A stretch of 64,000 bases of DNA from Octopus sinensis (Eukaryota). The translations under genes and the position numbers were made by a program. The notes beneath the pieces were generated by a model. The model was not told where the DNA came from and did not search any database. It saw nothing but the letters and a program-made list of their open reading frames with translations. Positions 1 to 12,300 of this stretch are shown piece after piece (positions within the stretch are counted from its first letter, which is position 1; each line of letters starts with the position of its first letter). Location: the NCBI RefSeq assembly GCF_006345805.1, contig NW_021834310.1, forward strand, positions 1 to 64,000, read 5' to 3'.

Positions 1-2130
1 TTTTTAATTTTTTAGCTTGAAGGTTTTGGGGGACCACATCATGTGAGTCGAGGACTTTCTTGTTGTTCATTTTAACAAAAACGTAGAAAATAATTTTTTT
101 TAATTTTTGGCTTGAAGGTTTTGGGGGACCACATCATGTGAGTCGAGGACTTTCTTGTTGTTCATTTTAACAAAAACGCAGAAAATAATTTTTTTAATTT
201 TTTAGCTTGAAGGTTTTGGGGGACCACATCATGTGAGTCGAGGACTTTCTTGTTGTTCATTTTAACAAAAACGCAGAAAATAATTTTTTTTTAATTTTTT
301 GGCTTGAAGGTTTTGGGGGACCACATCATGTGAGTCGAGGACTTTCTTGTTGTTCATTTTAACAAAAACGCAGAAAATATTTTTTTTAATTTTTGGCTTG
401 AAGGTTTTCGGGGACCACATCATGTGAGTCAAGAGACTTTCTTGTTGTTCATTTTAACAAAACGCAAAAATAATTTTTTTTAATTTTTTGGCTTGAAGTT
501 TTTGAGGGACCACATCATGTGAGTCGAGGACTTTCTTGTTGTTCATTTTAACAAAAACGCAGAAAATAATTTTTTTTAATTTTTTGGCTTGAAGGTTTTG
601 AGGGACCACATCATGTGAGTCGAGGACTTTCTTGTTGTTTATTTTAACAAAAACGCAGAAAATAATTTTTTTAATTTTTTGGCTTGAAGTTTTTGGAGGA
701 CCACATCATGTGAGTCGAGGACTTTCTTGTTGTTCATTTTAACAAAAACGCAGAAAATATTTTTTTTAATTTTTTGGCTTGAAGGTTTTGGGGGACCACA
801 TCATGTGAGTCGAGGACTTTCTTGTTGTTTCTTTTACAAAAACGCAGAAAAAATTTTTTTTTTTTAATTTTTGGCTTGAAGGTTTTCGGGGACCACATCA
901 TGTGAGTCAAGGACTTTCTTGTTGTTCATTTTAACAAAAACGCAGAAAATAATTTTTTTTAATTTTTTGGCTTGAAGGTTTTGAGGGACCACATCATGTG
1001 AGTCGAGGACTTTCTTGTTGTTCATTTTAACACAAAAACGCAGAAAATAATTTTTTTAATTTTTTGGCTTGAAGGTTTTGGGGGACCACATCATGTGAGT
1101 CGAGGACTTTCTTGTTGTTTATTTTAACAAAAACGCAGAAAATAATTTTTTTAATTTTTTGGCTTGAAAGTTTTGGAGGACCACATCATGAGTCGAGGAA
1201 TTTCTTGTTGTTCATTTTTACAAAAACGCAGAAAATAATTTTTTTATTTTTTGGCTTGAAGGTTTTGGGGGACCACATCATGTGAGTCGAGGACTTTCTT
1301 GTTGTTCATTTTAACAAAAACGCAGAAAATAATTTTTTTAATTTTTGGCTTGAAGGTTTTGGGGGACCACATCATGTGAGTCGAGGACTTTCTTGTTGTT
1401 CATTTTAACAAAAACGCAGAAAATAATTTTTTTTAATTTTTGGCTTGAAGGTTTTGGGGGACCACATCATGTGAGTCGAGGACTTTCTTGTTGTTCATTT
1501 TAACAAAAACGCAGAAAATAATTTTTTTTAATTTTTTGCTTGAAGGTTTTGGGGGACCACATCATGTGAGTCGAGGACTTTCTTGTTGTTCATTTTAACA
1601 AAAACGCAGAAAATAATTTTTTTTAATTTTTTAGCTTGAAGGTTTTGGGGGACCACATCATGTGAGTCGAGGACTTTCTGTTGTTCATTTTAACAAAAAC
1701 GCAGAAAATAATTTTATTTTTTTTAATTTTTGGCTTGAAGGTTTTGGGGGACCACATCATGTGAGTCGAGGACTTTCTTGTTGTTCATTTTAACAAAAAC
1801 GCAGAAAATAATTTTTTTTAATTTTTGGCTTGAAGGTTTTGGGGGACCACATCATGTGAGTCGAGGACTTTCTTGTTGTTCATTTTAACAAAAACGCAGA
1901 AAATAATTTTTTTTAATTTTTGGCTTGAAGGTTTTGGGGGACCACATCATGTGAGTCGAGGACTTTCTTGTTGTTCATTTTAACAAAAACGCAGAAAATA
2001 ATTTTTTTTAATTTTTGGCTTGAAGGTTTTGGGGACAACATCATGTGAGTCGAGGACTTTCTTGTTGTTCATTTTAACAAAAACGCAGAAAATTGACTTG
2101 AAGGTTTTGGGGGACCTCATCATCGAGGAT
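1..2130. repeat. Tandem satellite, ~95-bp monomer, about 22 copies visible, runs off the window start
   Basis: Unit ggcttgaaggttttgggggaccacatcatgtgagtcgaggactttcttgttgttcattttaacaaaaacgcagaaaataattttttttaattttt; gcagaaaata recurs at 1801 and 1896. Variation is mostly homopolymer length. Internal palindrome CACAT-C-ATGTG. Confidence 0.97.
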
Positions 2131-2330
2131 ATTCTTTCTTATTAAAATTTTTTGACAGGAAGGTTCTTAGAGGATATCAACCTTTTATTGTGCCTCATTA
2201 TCGAATAACTACAAAAGGGAAGGTTTTGACAATTTGATCTGGTTTGTAACAATTTGAATGTGGGTGTGCACAGACAGACAGACACACAGACAGACAGACA
2301 GACACACACCATACCATTTTATTATTAAGA
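1..2330 (-). mobile_element. Probable non-autonomous Helitron (5' end at 2330) carrying the satellite internally
   Basis: Minus strand reads A|TCTTAATAATAAAATGGTATGG then a (TGTC)n microsatellite (plus-strand GACA repeats ~2268-2308), the typical 5'-TC plus microsatellite start of invertebrate Helitrons. It grades through a degenerate monomer (~2095-2130) into the array. The 3' CTRR end lies outside the window. Confidence 0.55.
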
Positions 2331-3039
2331 TAAAGCTAATCAATGACTGTTTTAGTCTGCTACAATATTTTAATTAATTTGTCAATCATTAGTTAATTCT
2401 AAAAAATTCTGTTCAACATTTTTCCATGCTCAGTGACGTTTGATTCTGCCCAGATATTAGAATAAAGGTTTCTTATCTATATTCCCCGTTTGTGACAGCG
2501 TGCCTTCTATTCATGATCGACTGACCACTCAAGTCATGCATACATAATTATACTAAGTCCTTTGATATCGTTTAAAAATAGTACTTTAATGGAATTCTGG
2601 TGCGAAATAAGAATTGTATATCCATTACTCAGTTAATTCCATTTCACACAACATATCTGTGAAACGGCAATGTCACATCGTGTATATTTAAAGTCAAAGT
2701 TTTGAAATCGTCTTAAAGTAGAGAATGATAAAGCCGAACACTGATATTTTAATCTCTAAAATGCAAGTACAAAAGTCCCATTAGGCAGTTTATTTACATT
2801 ATAAATTTTTATTAATAAGATTTGATTTGCCAACCGCATAAAGAAAACTTTCAAGAAAGAACAAGGAAGTTAATTATTTTAATTAATCCAAAATTATTGA
2901 GTCCTTGTCTTTTAAGTTTTCTTTTTAGTTGTGGTGCGGCAATAACAACGGTAGGGCGCTCGTGACGTCCCATTCAAAAGTCCATTCATGTTTGGAATCC
3001 GTATGTGGTGAGATGTCATGACGACGTCACTTGTCATAA

Positions 3040-3135
3040 AATTCACTCAGACCCAATCGGAGCTTCCTGCACAGGCAGCCGCTGGGAATCGAACCCTTGA
3101 CCAAGGAGATTACTAGCAAATTCTTGACCACTTTT
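3040..3135 (-). mobile_element. tRNA-derived SINE head, degenerate
   Basis: Minus strand AGTGGTCAAG (A-box-like) and GGGTTCGATTCCC (B-box, plus 3084-3096); no complete cloverleaf or acceptor stem. Confidence 0.45.
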
Positions 3136-3309
3136 ACTTATTAAGAATAAGAATGTTTTTTGAATTTTTAAAAATTCAAAAATAAATCTCTGACAGCAAT
3201 AAAATATGAAAATTTTTTCAATTTTTGCGAATCCGTTTTTGTAAAAGAAGTATTAAAAAAATCATTTTAAAAGTACCATTAACTGTCGTGGCTCGTACGT
3301 AGAGCATAT

Positions 3310-3734
3310 AGCAAATCAGAGAAAGAGGAGTGTGAGGATCCTCAAAAGCTTAACCAGGTTCCATCTGGATCCGGAAACGTACATCTACGTATACAAAACG
3401 TGTGTGCAGCCAGTCCTCACATATGGCTACGAGGGCTGGTACGGTACGGAGGAGAGTGACTACCTGATCGAACAGTTGGAAAAGACAAGACGTTTCGCTA
3501 TGAAATTGGCTTACGGAGTACAACTTGACGGAAGGCTAAAAGACTCACAAGAATCCTCTGTGCCCACGATCCGGATGGTCTTGGAGAATTGTCGTCAAAC
3601 ATGACTAGTATTGGGGATACGCATGGAAAGAGACACTTCGGTGCCTTGTTTTTATCTCCCCGCCGATGTTTTTCTTCCTTGTTTTTCTTTTTCTTCTCGC
3701 TCAATAAACACTATTCTATTCTATTCTATTCTAT
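3310..3734 (+). mobile_element. 5'-truncated non-LTR retrotransposon, RT C-terminal region with (CTATT)n tail
   Basis: ORF RILKSL...YKTCVQPVLTYGYEGW resembles the post-RT region of LINEs; aataaa then ctattctattctattctat; related copies at 8535 and 63025. Confidence 0.75.
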
Positions 3735-3983
3735 ATAAAAGTACTTGAAATTATAAATATTTTTCAACAAATTCCTTTCTCTTGATTTTGTTAATTTCAG
3801 AATTAGTTTTTTCAGACTCGAATCTCAATTTCTTTAATGTATACGATAATTGATTTTGATAATTTCGGAAAAATTAATTCAAATTTTCTTTTTATTCCAT
3901 GAAGGGTAATTGTGCTATCGTTGGGCTGGATGGCCAAATGCAAAATACTCTATTCTTCTTGTGCTATCGTTATCAACGCATTA

Positions 3984-4589
3984 TGTCGCGAGCGCAGCGA
4001 GCGACCGAGCGCAGCGAGCGACCACTCAATTTCTAGATCCGATCAATCAAAAAATCTATAAATTGACAAATACCCAGGCTTGTATTTGGGATTATATATA
4101 TTCGATAACAAAAATTAAAATCGATGCCAAAGCAGAATGAGCTTTAAAACCGATTTCATAAATAAAAATAATATTTTAAAATTCATAATTGATATTTTAG
4201 AATAATGAGAAAAAATCTAAATGCTTCATAATTTATTAAAATGTCAAAACAGAATCTTCTGAAGGAGCAAGCCTGTCTGCACATTCTTTTGATTAGAAGA
4301 CCTAATTTTAGAGATTAAAACGAAAAAATAGCAATGAGATCTGTCAAATTATTACCCCCCTCACACAACTAAACCAAATTAGCGTTCAGTATTCATTGAT
4401 TTTACTTTTTCTATTAAGGTTCTAATTATAAATTATTTTATGGGATTCAATGGAAAACTTAAGTTATTTCAATTTTAATTTTAAATCATGTTAAAATTTT
4501 AAATAATTTAATAAATATATTTGTTGATGATAGGCTTGTTAGCTGTCAAAGTCGCGTCTAGCGCTCGGTCGCGCGCTGCGCTCGCGACA
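3984..4589. mobile_element. 606-bp MITE with TGT...ACA termini, ~30-40-bp TIRs and 5-bp TSD (Ginger-like)
   Basis: Left TGTCGCGAGCGCAGCGAGCGACCGAGCGC; right end reverse-complements to TGTCGCGAGCGCAGCGCGCGACCGAGCGC; CATTA duplicated at 3979-3983 and 4590-4594. Confidence 0.85.
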
Positions 4590-4699
4590 CATTATATAAA
4601 AAAGTCGACATGTTCTTTGTCAAACTTTTTTCTAAAATTTCCACCTCTCGTGTCAGGTTTAACTCCATCCCTTATTCAACGATATGCTGTTGTTCTAGA

Positions 4700-5400
4700 G
4701 ATATTGAGTTCAATTGCCGTTTTTTCCAATTTCCACCTGATTCTGCAGCTGAAATTAAATGTATTTTATTTCTATGCATATGATTTTTCACTTCCAATGG
4801 CACTTTTATTTTCTGCGTCGAAATATAATATTTATAATAAACGTAATCCTTTATTAATCCCATTTAGTTCGTTATTTATGAACTTTTTAAATTCGACCTG
4901 CTTGAGACAATTTTGTGAAGTTATCCCCATCTCGATAAGTTTAATTGTGTTGCTAGATTTTCGTAATCAAATATGTCGGGCTTATTATTAAAGATCAGAT
5001 TATCACTCAGAAGATTTGTGTAAACTCGGATTTCCACAAATTCGTTGGCGGTAACAGATTGCACCAAATGAGTCATTATAATACGAAAACACCTTTATAT
5101 CGTCTATAAATAGGTGGTTAGTGGCATATGTGGGTTCCCTCCTACCTGAGTTTCCCATCATTACGTACGGGAATTTTTCGTTGAGCATTCGTTTTAGAAG
5201 ATCCATTAACAACACAAAAATCAGAGTTGGGAGAAAATTTCCTTGCAGTATACCTCTATTGATTCTAACTTTTTCTTCATCATGATTCAGCTAACAGTTT
5301 GGAATTGTTCAAACGGTAATTTAATTTTAGCGAGTTTTCCCTTCATAGATTCTTCACAGTGACTCCTAGGCCTGGTTTTGTTATAAGACTTTCATATGCG
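4700..5400 (-). mobile_element. R4/Utopia-like non-LTR RT remnant
   Basis: LLMDLLKRMLN...TNHLFIDDIKVF matches the LFVLxMDxL...NHLxFxDDxKx RT motif; broken by stops and frameshifts. Confidence 0.6.
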
Positions 5401-5886
5401 CAGTGTCCTGCATAGATGATATCGGTTAATATCATTGATATCTAAATTTTGGAAGTGGCAATATATTGTTTGATTAATGCGTTAATCCCATTAAAAATGT
5501 TCTCTTTCAGCTGGTTGTACGTATTCTCCCAATGTGGGAACAAAACTCTTCAAAACATTTTCCAAAAATGGAGATTTCAGATTTCTGAAATTGTCCAGAA
5601 GGCAGTCCACACAGTGGATCTCCAGCAACCCTAATTGAGAACATGGCATCGAGGTTAGCTACCGATTTCGATGTCCCGAACTTCTTATTGAAGGACTGGG
5701 TAATTAGTGGCCATCCACCCCTGGGTATCCTTTTGAACCTCGACTTTGGAGACTCAACGACATTACAAGTCCATTGTTTCCTGTCTTTACTTTTAACTTT
5801 GTCAATTAAGCCCTGGAGCGATAGAAGATAAACTGAGAGGTCACAAGTGACCATTCCTTGTGCTCCGAGCACTGATTTCAGTAGTC

Positions 5887-6645
5887 TTGTTGTTGTTGTT
5901 GCATAACCCCGGTCTCACATTAGGGTATGAGACCGGCGGCTAGCAGAAACAACAGCGCCTTCGCGGGTTGCTCCCAAAGGACCTCGGGGGAGTGGACAGC
6001 AAATTTCCTGCGGACAGGGAGGAGAAAAGGGCAGCGGAAAAGGTGATCAGTTGAGTGATCTTCGGCACAGCAGAGGTTGCATACCGGGGAGATCACGGCG
6101 TTCAATGAGTGAGCGTAGGAGTTTAGTGAGTGGTGGTGGCCCGAGCGGAAACGAGCCAGGTTGATCTGAGCGGAACGCTCCAGAAGCATTTCGGAGGGGT
6201 GAACTTCCGGAGGAAGTTTGTTGAGGACAGAGTTAGGCTTCAGCCTTAGAATGGACGACGTTGAAATGAAGTCGTGGATTTTTTGATATGGTCACATCCC
6301 TAAGGAGATCTCAGAAGAACGGAGTGCCCTACTTCCGACTGAACTCTCTAAGGAAAGTCAAATTGTGACTGTCCCTGAGGTCGTATGTGAAGGTTGTGTG
6401 AGGAGTGGGAGTGTGTAGAAGTGTGGACCGGTGAGATCAATCCAGATAAGTTTTTCATTCTACACATTTTTGGGACTTTTTTGTGCATTAGGACTACAAG
6501 TATGTAATATGTAATCAGGTGTAGATCTACCGACTGAAAGATGACTTTTTCTACTCGAAATATAGTTGGGAGGTGTGTTGTTGGATATTCGTCCTGGGAA
6601 TATATTTGCTGAGGTTCATCACTGACCAGACACACTACAACAACT
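5887..6645 (-). mobile_element. I/Jockey-group non-LTR 3' fragment with C-terminal zinc knuckle and (CAA)n tail
   Basis: LARFRSGHH...CNLCCAEDHSTDHLFRC (CxxC...H...C); tail caacaacaacaa at 5887-5901 on the minus strand. Confidence 0.75.
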
Positions 6646-7419
6646 CTGCCAAGAATGGGAGTGTTCTGTTAACGGAAAAGGTCCTCAGTTGATATAAAAT
6701 GACAGTTCAATCTCTACCAATCCATCGAACAGAAACCTAACAAGAAGGAAATGTATTTGCTCACAGTTAAGGCTCTTGACATTGCATTCCAGATTATTAA
6801 AGTAGTGGATGCATTATAAGGTAGAATGTTGAAAAGTCCTTCAAAATATCTGCAATGTTTGGCAATCCCATTCTCTTTAGTGTCCTCCACGTCCTCATAT
6901 TCTCCACTCTCACTGCTCTCCTAAATGAAATGTTGGGATTTAAACTCAAATTCTTTAAAATAAAAATTTAAACGCCCATATTAGTAAATAATATATTGAT
7001 GATTATCGAGAACAAATTTGTCGATAACAATATTGAAATGCCCCTCCATTGTTCAACATTGCTATTTCAAAATCAGTTCTGCATTCAAGTGTGAGATAAC
7101 ACTTCATTTCACAGTCCACCTAAAATGAATAGGCCACCCATTACTTTCAATCGAACCATACAATTAGGCTCAACCACAAAGGGAAAGTCAATCTCATACA
7201 ACTCATTCCCCACCAACCCCAGAGTGTCAGATGTGGTTCCTGCAGCAAAGCACAAGGGCACAATCCCAGTACTAATCAAATCAAACCTCATCCATTCGGA
7301 CATGGAACAAGCAATGACACATTTAATCCCCTACACTTGTACTCACTCTCTACCATCACTCCTAGTCCTCTGGCTGTCCAATCCCTCGGTGGGCCACTCC
7401 CGAAATTATGCCCAGCAAT

Positions 7420-7682
7420 GAGTATAAGTGGCACTCCCTCCAGGCTATACCGGGCACAGGCAGACCAGAGTGGAAGGCACTCGAGAGAGGGGTAGTGTGG
7501 GTGTCAGGAAAAAGGAAGCAGGGTAGACCGAAACTAAACTGGACATCTGAAGTAGTGATACTTACCGGACATCATTTGTCGGAAATAGCAGAGCTGGTGG
7601 GGGATACAGCTTCGTGGAGGGACTTGTCTTACAGAATCGCCAATGGCCGGAATCGGCTGAAAATGGCTTAACCTAACCTAAT
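7420..7682 (+). mobile_element. RTE-like retrotransposon 3' fragment with (TAACC)n tail
   Basis: GKRKQGRPKLNW...SWR motif typical of the RTE C-terminus; taacctaacctaa immediately at the stop. Confidence 0.65.
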
Positions 7683-7847
7683 AAAAATAAGTATCATTCC
7701 GAATTTTTTGAAACGAATAATTTGCAATAGTAGATAATTAAAATATTTCTTAATAAAATAAAACAATAAAGTAAAACGAGAAAGTTATAAATTAGTTAAT
7801 GTCATGAGGAGATTATTATAACACATTCCGTAGGAACATAAACAAAG

Positions 7848-8144
7848 TTATAATCCCACACGTGTCACAAGCGAAACAATCTTCTGGACCATCCTCGTCC
7901 ATGCCCCTCTGTTGTGGGCGAGATCCCGCAAAGATTCTAGGTCGTCCCAGTTTTTGAAACTTTTGCCATGAAGTTTGAGATCCCTCTCCAAAACTGCCGA
8001 AAGAGTGGATCTAGGTCTTCCACGAAATTTGTCTCCATGTTCGGAAAAATAATCGTCCATTGCCCGATTGGCTGGAGCTCTGGGGTCCATTCGTAAAATA
8101 TTGCCGAATAATTTCCACCGGCCTCCAACGATTTCTTGAGACAA
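7848..8144 (-). mobile_element. RTE retrotransposon 3' fragment
   Basis: RWKLFGNILRM...FRGRPRSTL aligns by eye with RWRLFGHILRL...FRGRPRVTL of the long RTE at 50381-51472. Confidence 0.85.
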
Positions 8145-8534
8145 TTTTAACTTTCGCTTTGTAGTTAATTTGTAAGGAATATCAATGTATTTTATTAAAA
8201 AAATTATTTATAATTTATCCACCAAATCCATAAATTGTCCTACCTTGACGTTTCAAGGCATTAACAAAGTCCATTGCGATAACAGTTTTTCTTTTGGCAT
8301 GTTCAGTGTAAGAAATACAATCACGAACAGTTTGCTCGATAAAAATTTTAAAAACAGAACGTGTCTCCTCGTAAATTTTTCCAGAAATTCTTCGAACACC
8401 TCCTCTTCGACATAGTCTTCTTATTGCTGGCTTAGTAATTCCTTGTATATTGTCAATTAATATCTTTCGAAATCGTTTTGCACCACTCTTTCCTCCATTC
8501 CTTGTATATTTAATTTTCTATTTATAATTTTCAT

Positions 8535-8905
8535 AAGCTTAACCAGGTTCCATTTGGATCCGGAAACGTACATCTACGTCTACAATACGTGTGTACAGCC
8601 AGTCCTCACATATGGCTATGAGGGCTGGTACTGTCGGAGGAGAGTGACTACTTTGTCAAACAGTTGGAAAAAACAAGACGTTTCGCATTGAAACTGGCTT
8701 ATGGAGTACAACTTGACTGAGGACTAGAAAGCTCGCAAGAATCTGCAGTGCCCACGATCCGGATAGTCTTGAGAAAAATTGTAAACATCGACTATAATTG
8801 GGAATACGCATTGAAAGAGACACTTAGGTGCCTCGATTAATCTCTTCGATCTTTCCTTGTTTTCTTTTGGTTTCTGATCAATAAACATTCCATTCTATTC
8901 CTATT
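8535..8905 (+). mobile_element. Second copy of the 3310-3734 LINE 3' fragment
   Basis: aagcttaaccaggttccatttggatccggaaacgtacatc is near-identical to 3347-3386; same aataaa and ctattc tail. Confidence 0.85.
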
Positions 8906-8949
8906 TATTTATTATTTATTTAAAGACCAAACACGGGTAAGCCAGTTAA

Positions 8950-9335
8950 TTATTAATAATCCCCGTGGTCCCCGATTCAAGCGAGGGAGATCCTACTGAA
9001 AGGTTCGATCCTGCCCACATGAACGGCCTGAGACGACGATATCCCAGGATCAGAGATCTAGAAGTCCTTTTTCGGTAAGCATTAAGTGCCTCCTGAGCGT
9101 TGCCATATCCGAGAAAGTTCCAACTGACATGTGGACCCCATTAACGGAGCTAAGACCGGAAGGAAGGTAAGAGATCCCATTTTTAACTGTGTCGTGCAGA
9201 GGTACTCGTTGCCTCACGGCAGGGGAACGATAACGAGAATTGACCCCAGGATGAAAACTAGCCTCCTTCGGAATCGAACTCACGACTTCCAGATCCATTA
9301 TCCATAGCTTAGTCTGCAGCCAAGGCGGCCTAGCT
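8950..9335 (-). mobile_element. tRNA-derived SINE
   Basis: Minus strand GGCCGCCTTGGCTG...GACTAAGC...GTGAGTTCGATTCC (A/B boxes) followed by TTTCATCCTGGGGTCAA, resembling a conserved SINE core, then a ~300-bp body. Confidence 0.55.
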
Positions 9336-12300
9336 TAAAAAGTATTGAAAAGTAAACTAGCTGAATCAACAGAAATTAAATTTTATTTATTTATTTTTTT
9401 AAATATTTTAAATTTATGACTTAATTAGGATAAATTACATATCACGTTATGTACAGCTTGCTGTTATGTTATTATTTTGTTGTGTTGTGGTTGTTAATTC
9501 TGGTTTTATTTTTCTTGCAATTAATACTTATTTTTATAATATTTTGTTTTTTTATTGTTGAAGATTATTTTAATTGACTACTGGTAAAATATTTTCTATA
9601 AAGTTTTTTGCAAGTAAATTTGTATTCATTTTATCAATTAATTAATCTTCATTCATAAGGATTTCTTGAATTAAATTTATTTTTATCTAGTATTTTATTG
9701 TTTATTTTGATTTTTTGGTATTTCGATTTTTTTAGTATTTTATTGTGTACTTTTTATTGTGGTAGTTTATTCCTTAAAAGTAATAATTTATAAGAAAACA
9801 GCCCCAAATATTTTTATTGCGAGGCGACAGCCATCTGAATTGCTTTATTTAGACGCCGGTATTGTTACGAGCAGATTCCATGGCCTAAACAAGAAAGATT
9901 CGGTTTTCACCTCAAGAGAGAGGAATTCTCATAAAGTGCCCTCGATGATAGTGAGGTTACGGACTTGGAGTTTTTCACAGTAGAAGATGCTCGAGCCAGT
10001 CCCTGGCGTAGAGCGGAAGAATTCCATGAGGGCATCTCTGTTGTGTAGGTCCTGATCCGAGTGGGGACTTTGTTGTGGCAAAGCTTTGTCACAGTGGGTT
10101 CCTGCCTTCTTGGGGATGACAGCCGAGCGGACCACTTCTGAGTTATGGCACTCATTAGTGTTTGACTTCGAGTTTGTGAGTGTGTTGGGGACTGGCGACG
10201 TCTGAATATAGGCATCGACTTTGGACGGACTTGAGGGAGACCCTTTTTTCTAGACTGATTTTTTGGGATTGGCTTTTACCCAGCGGACTGGGCTTTTGGC
10301 CTGTGGGTTCTTCGCAACCTTTTGAGGCTGCTGTTGCTGCTTTGGGAGCTGCCCCTGCCTCCAAAGCATTAGGAGAGCTCGCAATGGGCGTATCCCTTCC
10401 TTAACATGGCTGTTGAATCGAACTTTGGTGGATATAGTGCAATCGCGCTCATTATAATCATGGAACTCAACTCGATATGCGCCCTTCAGCACGTCTCTCT
10501 TCTTATTAGCTTCTCGTTAAGATTATAACAGCACATAGAGAAGATTTTCTCACGGCCATTCTGAACTATAGTTGATACAGTGTAGTATCTAAAGTGCTCG
10601 CTCACATAAGAGAAAAAAGTGTCTAAGACATACAGTGGTCGTCAAAAAAATTGCTCACCAATGTTTACTATTTAAAAAAATTGTGGATGGCACCGGCTGA
10701 TCCAAAATCTATAATCCTTGGTGACCCAGCCAAGGCGAGACAAATATTTTGAGGATTAAGGTCGCCATGAATATACATTTTATGCTAAAATTAAATAGAT
10801 AAATAAACAATGCGGATGAGAGCCGATAGCAAGTCTCCGATGACCAAGGAGGCTCTTCGCTCGAGACTGGCAGGACATGCGTTTTTCACTTCATCAGATT
10901 GGAAATATTTGTAGAGATCTAACTGTCAATTACCAAGAAATACCGTTCTCATAATACTCTGTAATTATTTCCTCATTAACATCCGTATTGAGGATCCTCA
11001 CGACGTAGGGATGACAGCAATGGCCCAAAATCCTCATTTCTCTATCGAGGGAACTATAACAACATATTATTACATTTTTACTTATAATCCTGATTTATAC
11101 GAGTCTTTACACAGACGAGGAAACTCCATCGTGGGTCTTTCTTGACAGTCACTTTGGAAAATGCACCTTGATCGAAAAACATGTGTTTCAAAATATTATT
11201 TAAATGATTATACAAATGATTATTGATTCAGTTTTTTTGAATTTCTGAATCACATCTGATACAGTTGATTTTGGGACTCATATACTTGCAGAAATCATTT
11301 GATAGGTCATATTATGATTATAAAATACAATAATTTGTCCTTTCAGGAAATCTGAAAGGTTACTTCTTCTTTGACTATACATTTTTAGCTTCTTTTCAAC
11401 GACTTTTATATCTATAAAAGTTTTGTCCGGTTTTACATGTCATAACCAAATTGAAATTCTGCTTTAAATATTAGTTCTATAATAGCATAATTAATAATTA
11501 ATACACAATTATTATTAAGTAAAAATATTAAGCGTAAGTTTTTGATTTTTCGTATTTAATTAATAAAATCATAAAAATGGCTTATCCGGTTTTCGGTGAC
11601 GAGGAGTGTATATTAAACTCAGGCCGGAAGCGTTACGTCACAGGCCGGTAAAATTTTAAATTATTTAATAAATATATTTTTTTACTTTACCTTGTTGCCC
11701 AATTCTAAGCACATAAGTGTAACGCTTCCGGCGCCGTAACGCTTCCGGACTGCGACAAACTATATTTGATTAATAATAAATAAAATAGAATTTTAAACTC
11801 GAGGCAGTATTTTCCTGAAAGAGTCTCCGATGAACCAATCTTTTTATTAAGTATTGAAAGGATTGATGGGTTTTCTTGGAGAACCACTAGTCCCAATTTC
11901 AGCACGTGTCAATAAGGTTTATCCAAGCCTTTACCAGGGACTTTCAGATCTATGTGACTAGAAACGTAAGGATTATCAATGAATATTTAAAGTACGATTT
12001 TTTTCGGATTTGCTGCTTTTTCCGACTGCTTTTTTCATTTAGATTCGTGAACATCTAAAGAATGCGGTTTCCATAATTACAGAGTGGCTTTTCCTGATTC
12101 ACCTTTAGGATTTATTTAACCCTTTATTTAACGTTGTTCTTGAAAATCCAATTTAAGCTGCTTGACCATACTTTCGTGGCTATTCTTTACCTTCAAAAGA
12201 GAGTCCTGAAAGGTAAAATGAAAAATCTTCTGATTGAGGGCCTTCACGTTGTTCCGATTCCCCGAAAGTTGTTCTCTCAACTGCATTTTACATCTCACGA

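Noticed and set aside
1-2130. CRISPR array
   Set aside because: Whole units repeat with no unique spacers, there are no cas genes, and the context is eukaryotic; it is a satellite
3084-9334. Functional tRNA genes at the two GTTCGATTCC motifs (3084 and 9270)
   Set aside because: No complete acceptor or anticodon stems could be built; treated as SINE heads
11624-11748. Inverted repeats CCGGAAGCGTTAC / GTAACGCTTCCGG as a MITE or regulatory hairpin
   Set aside because: The repeats are real, but I could not define termini or a TSD; likely an internal remnant
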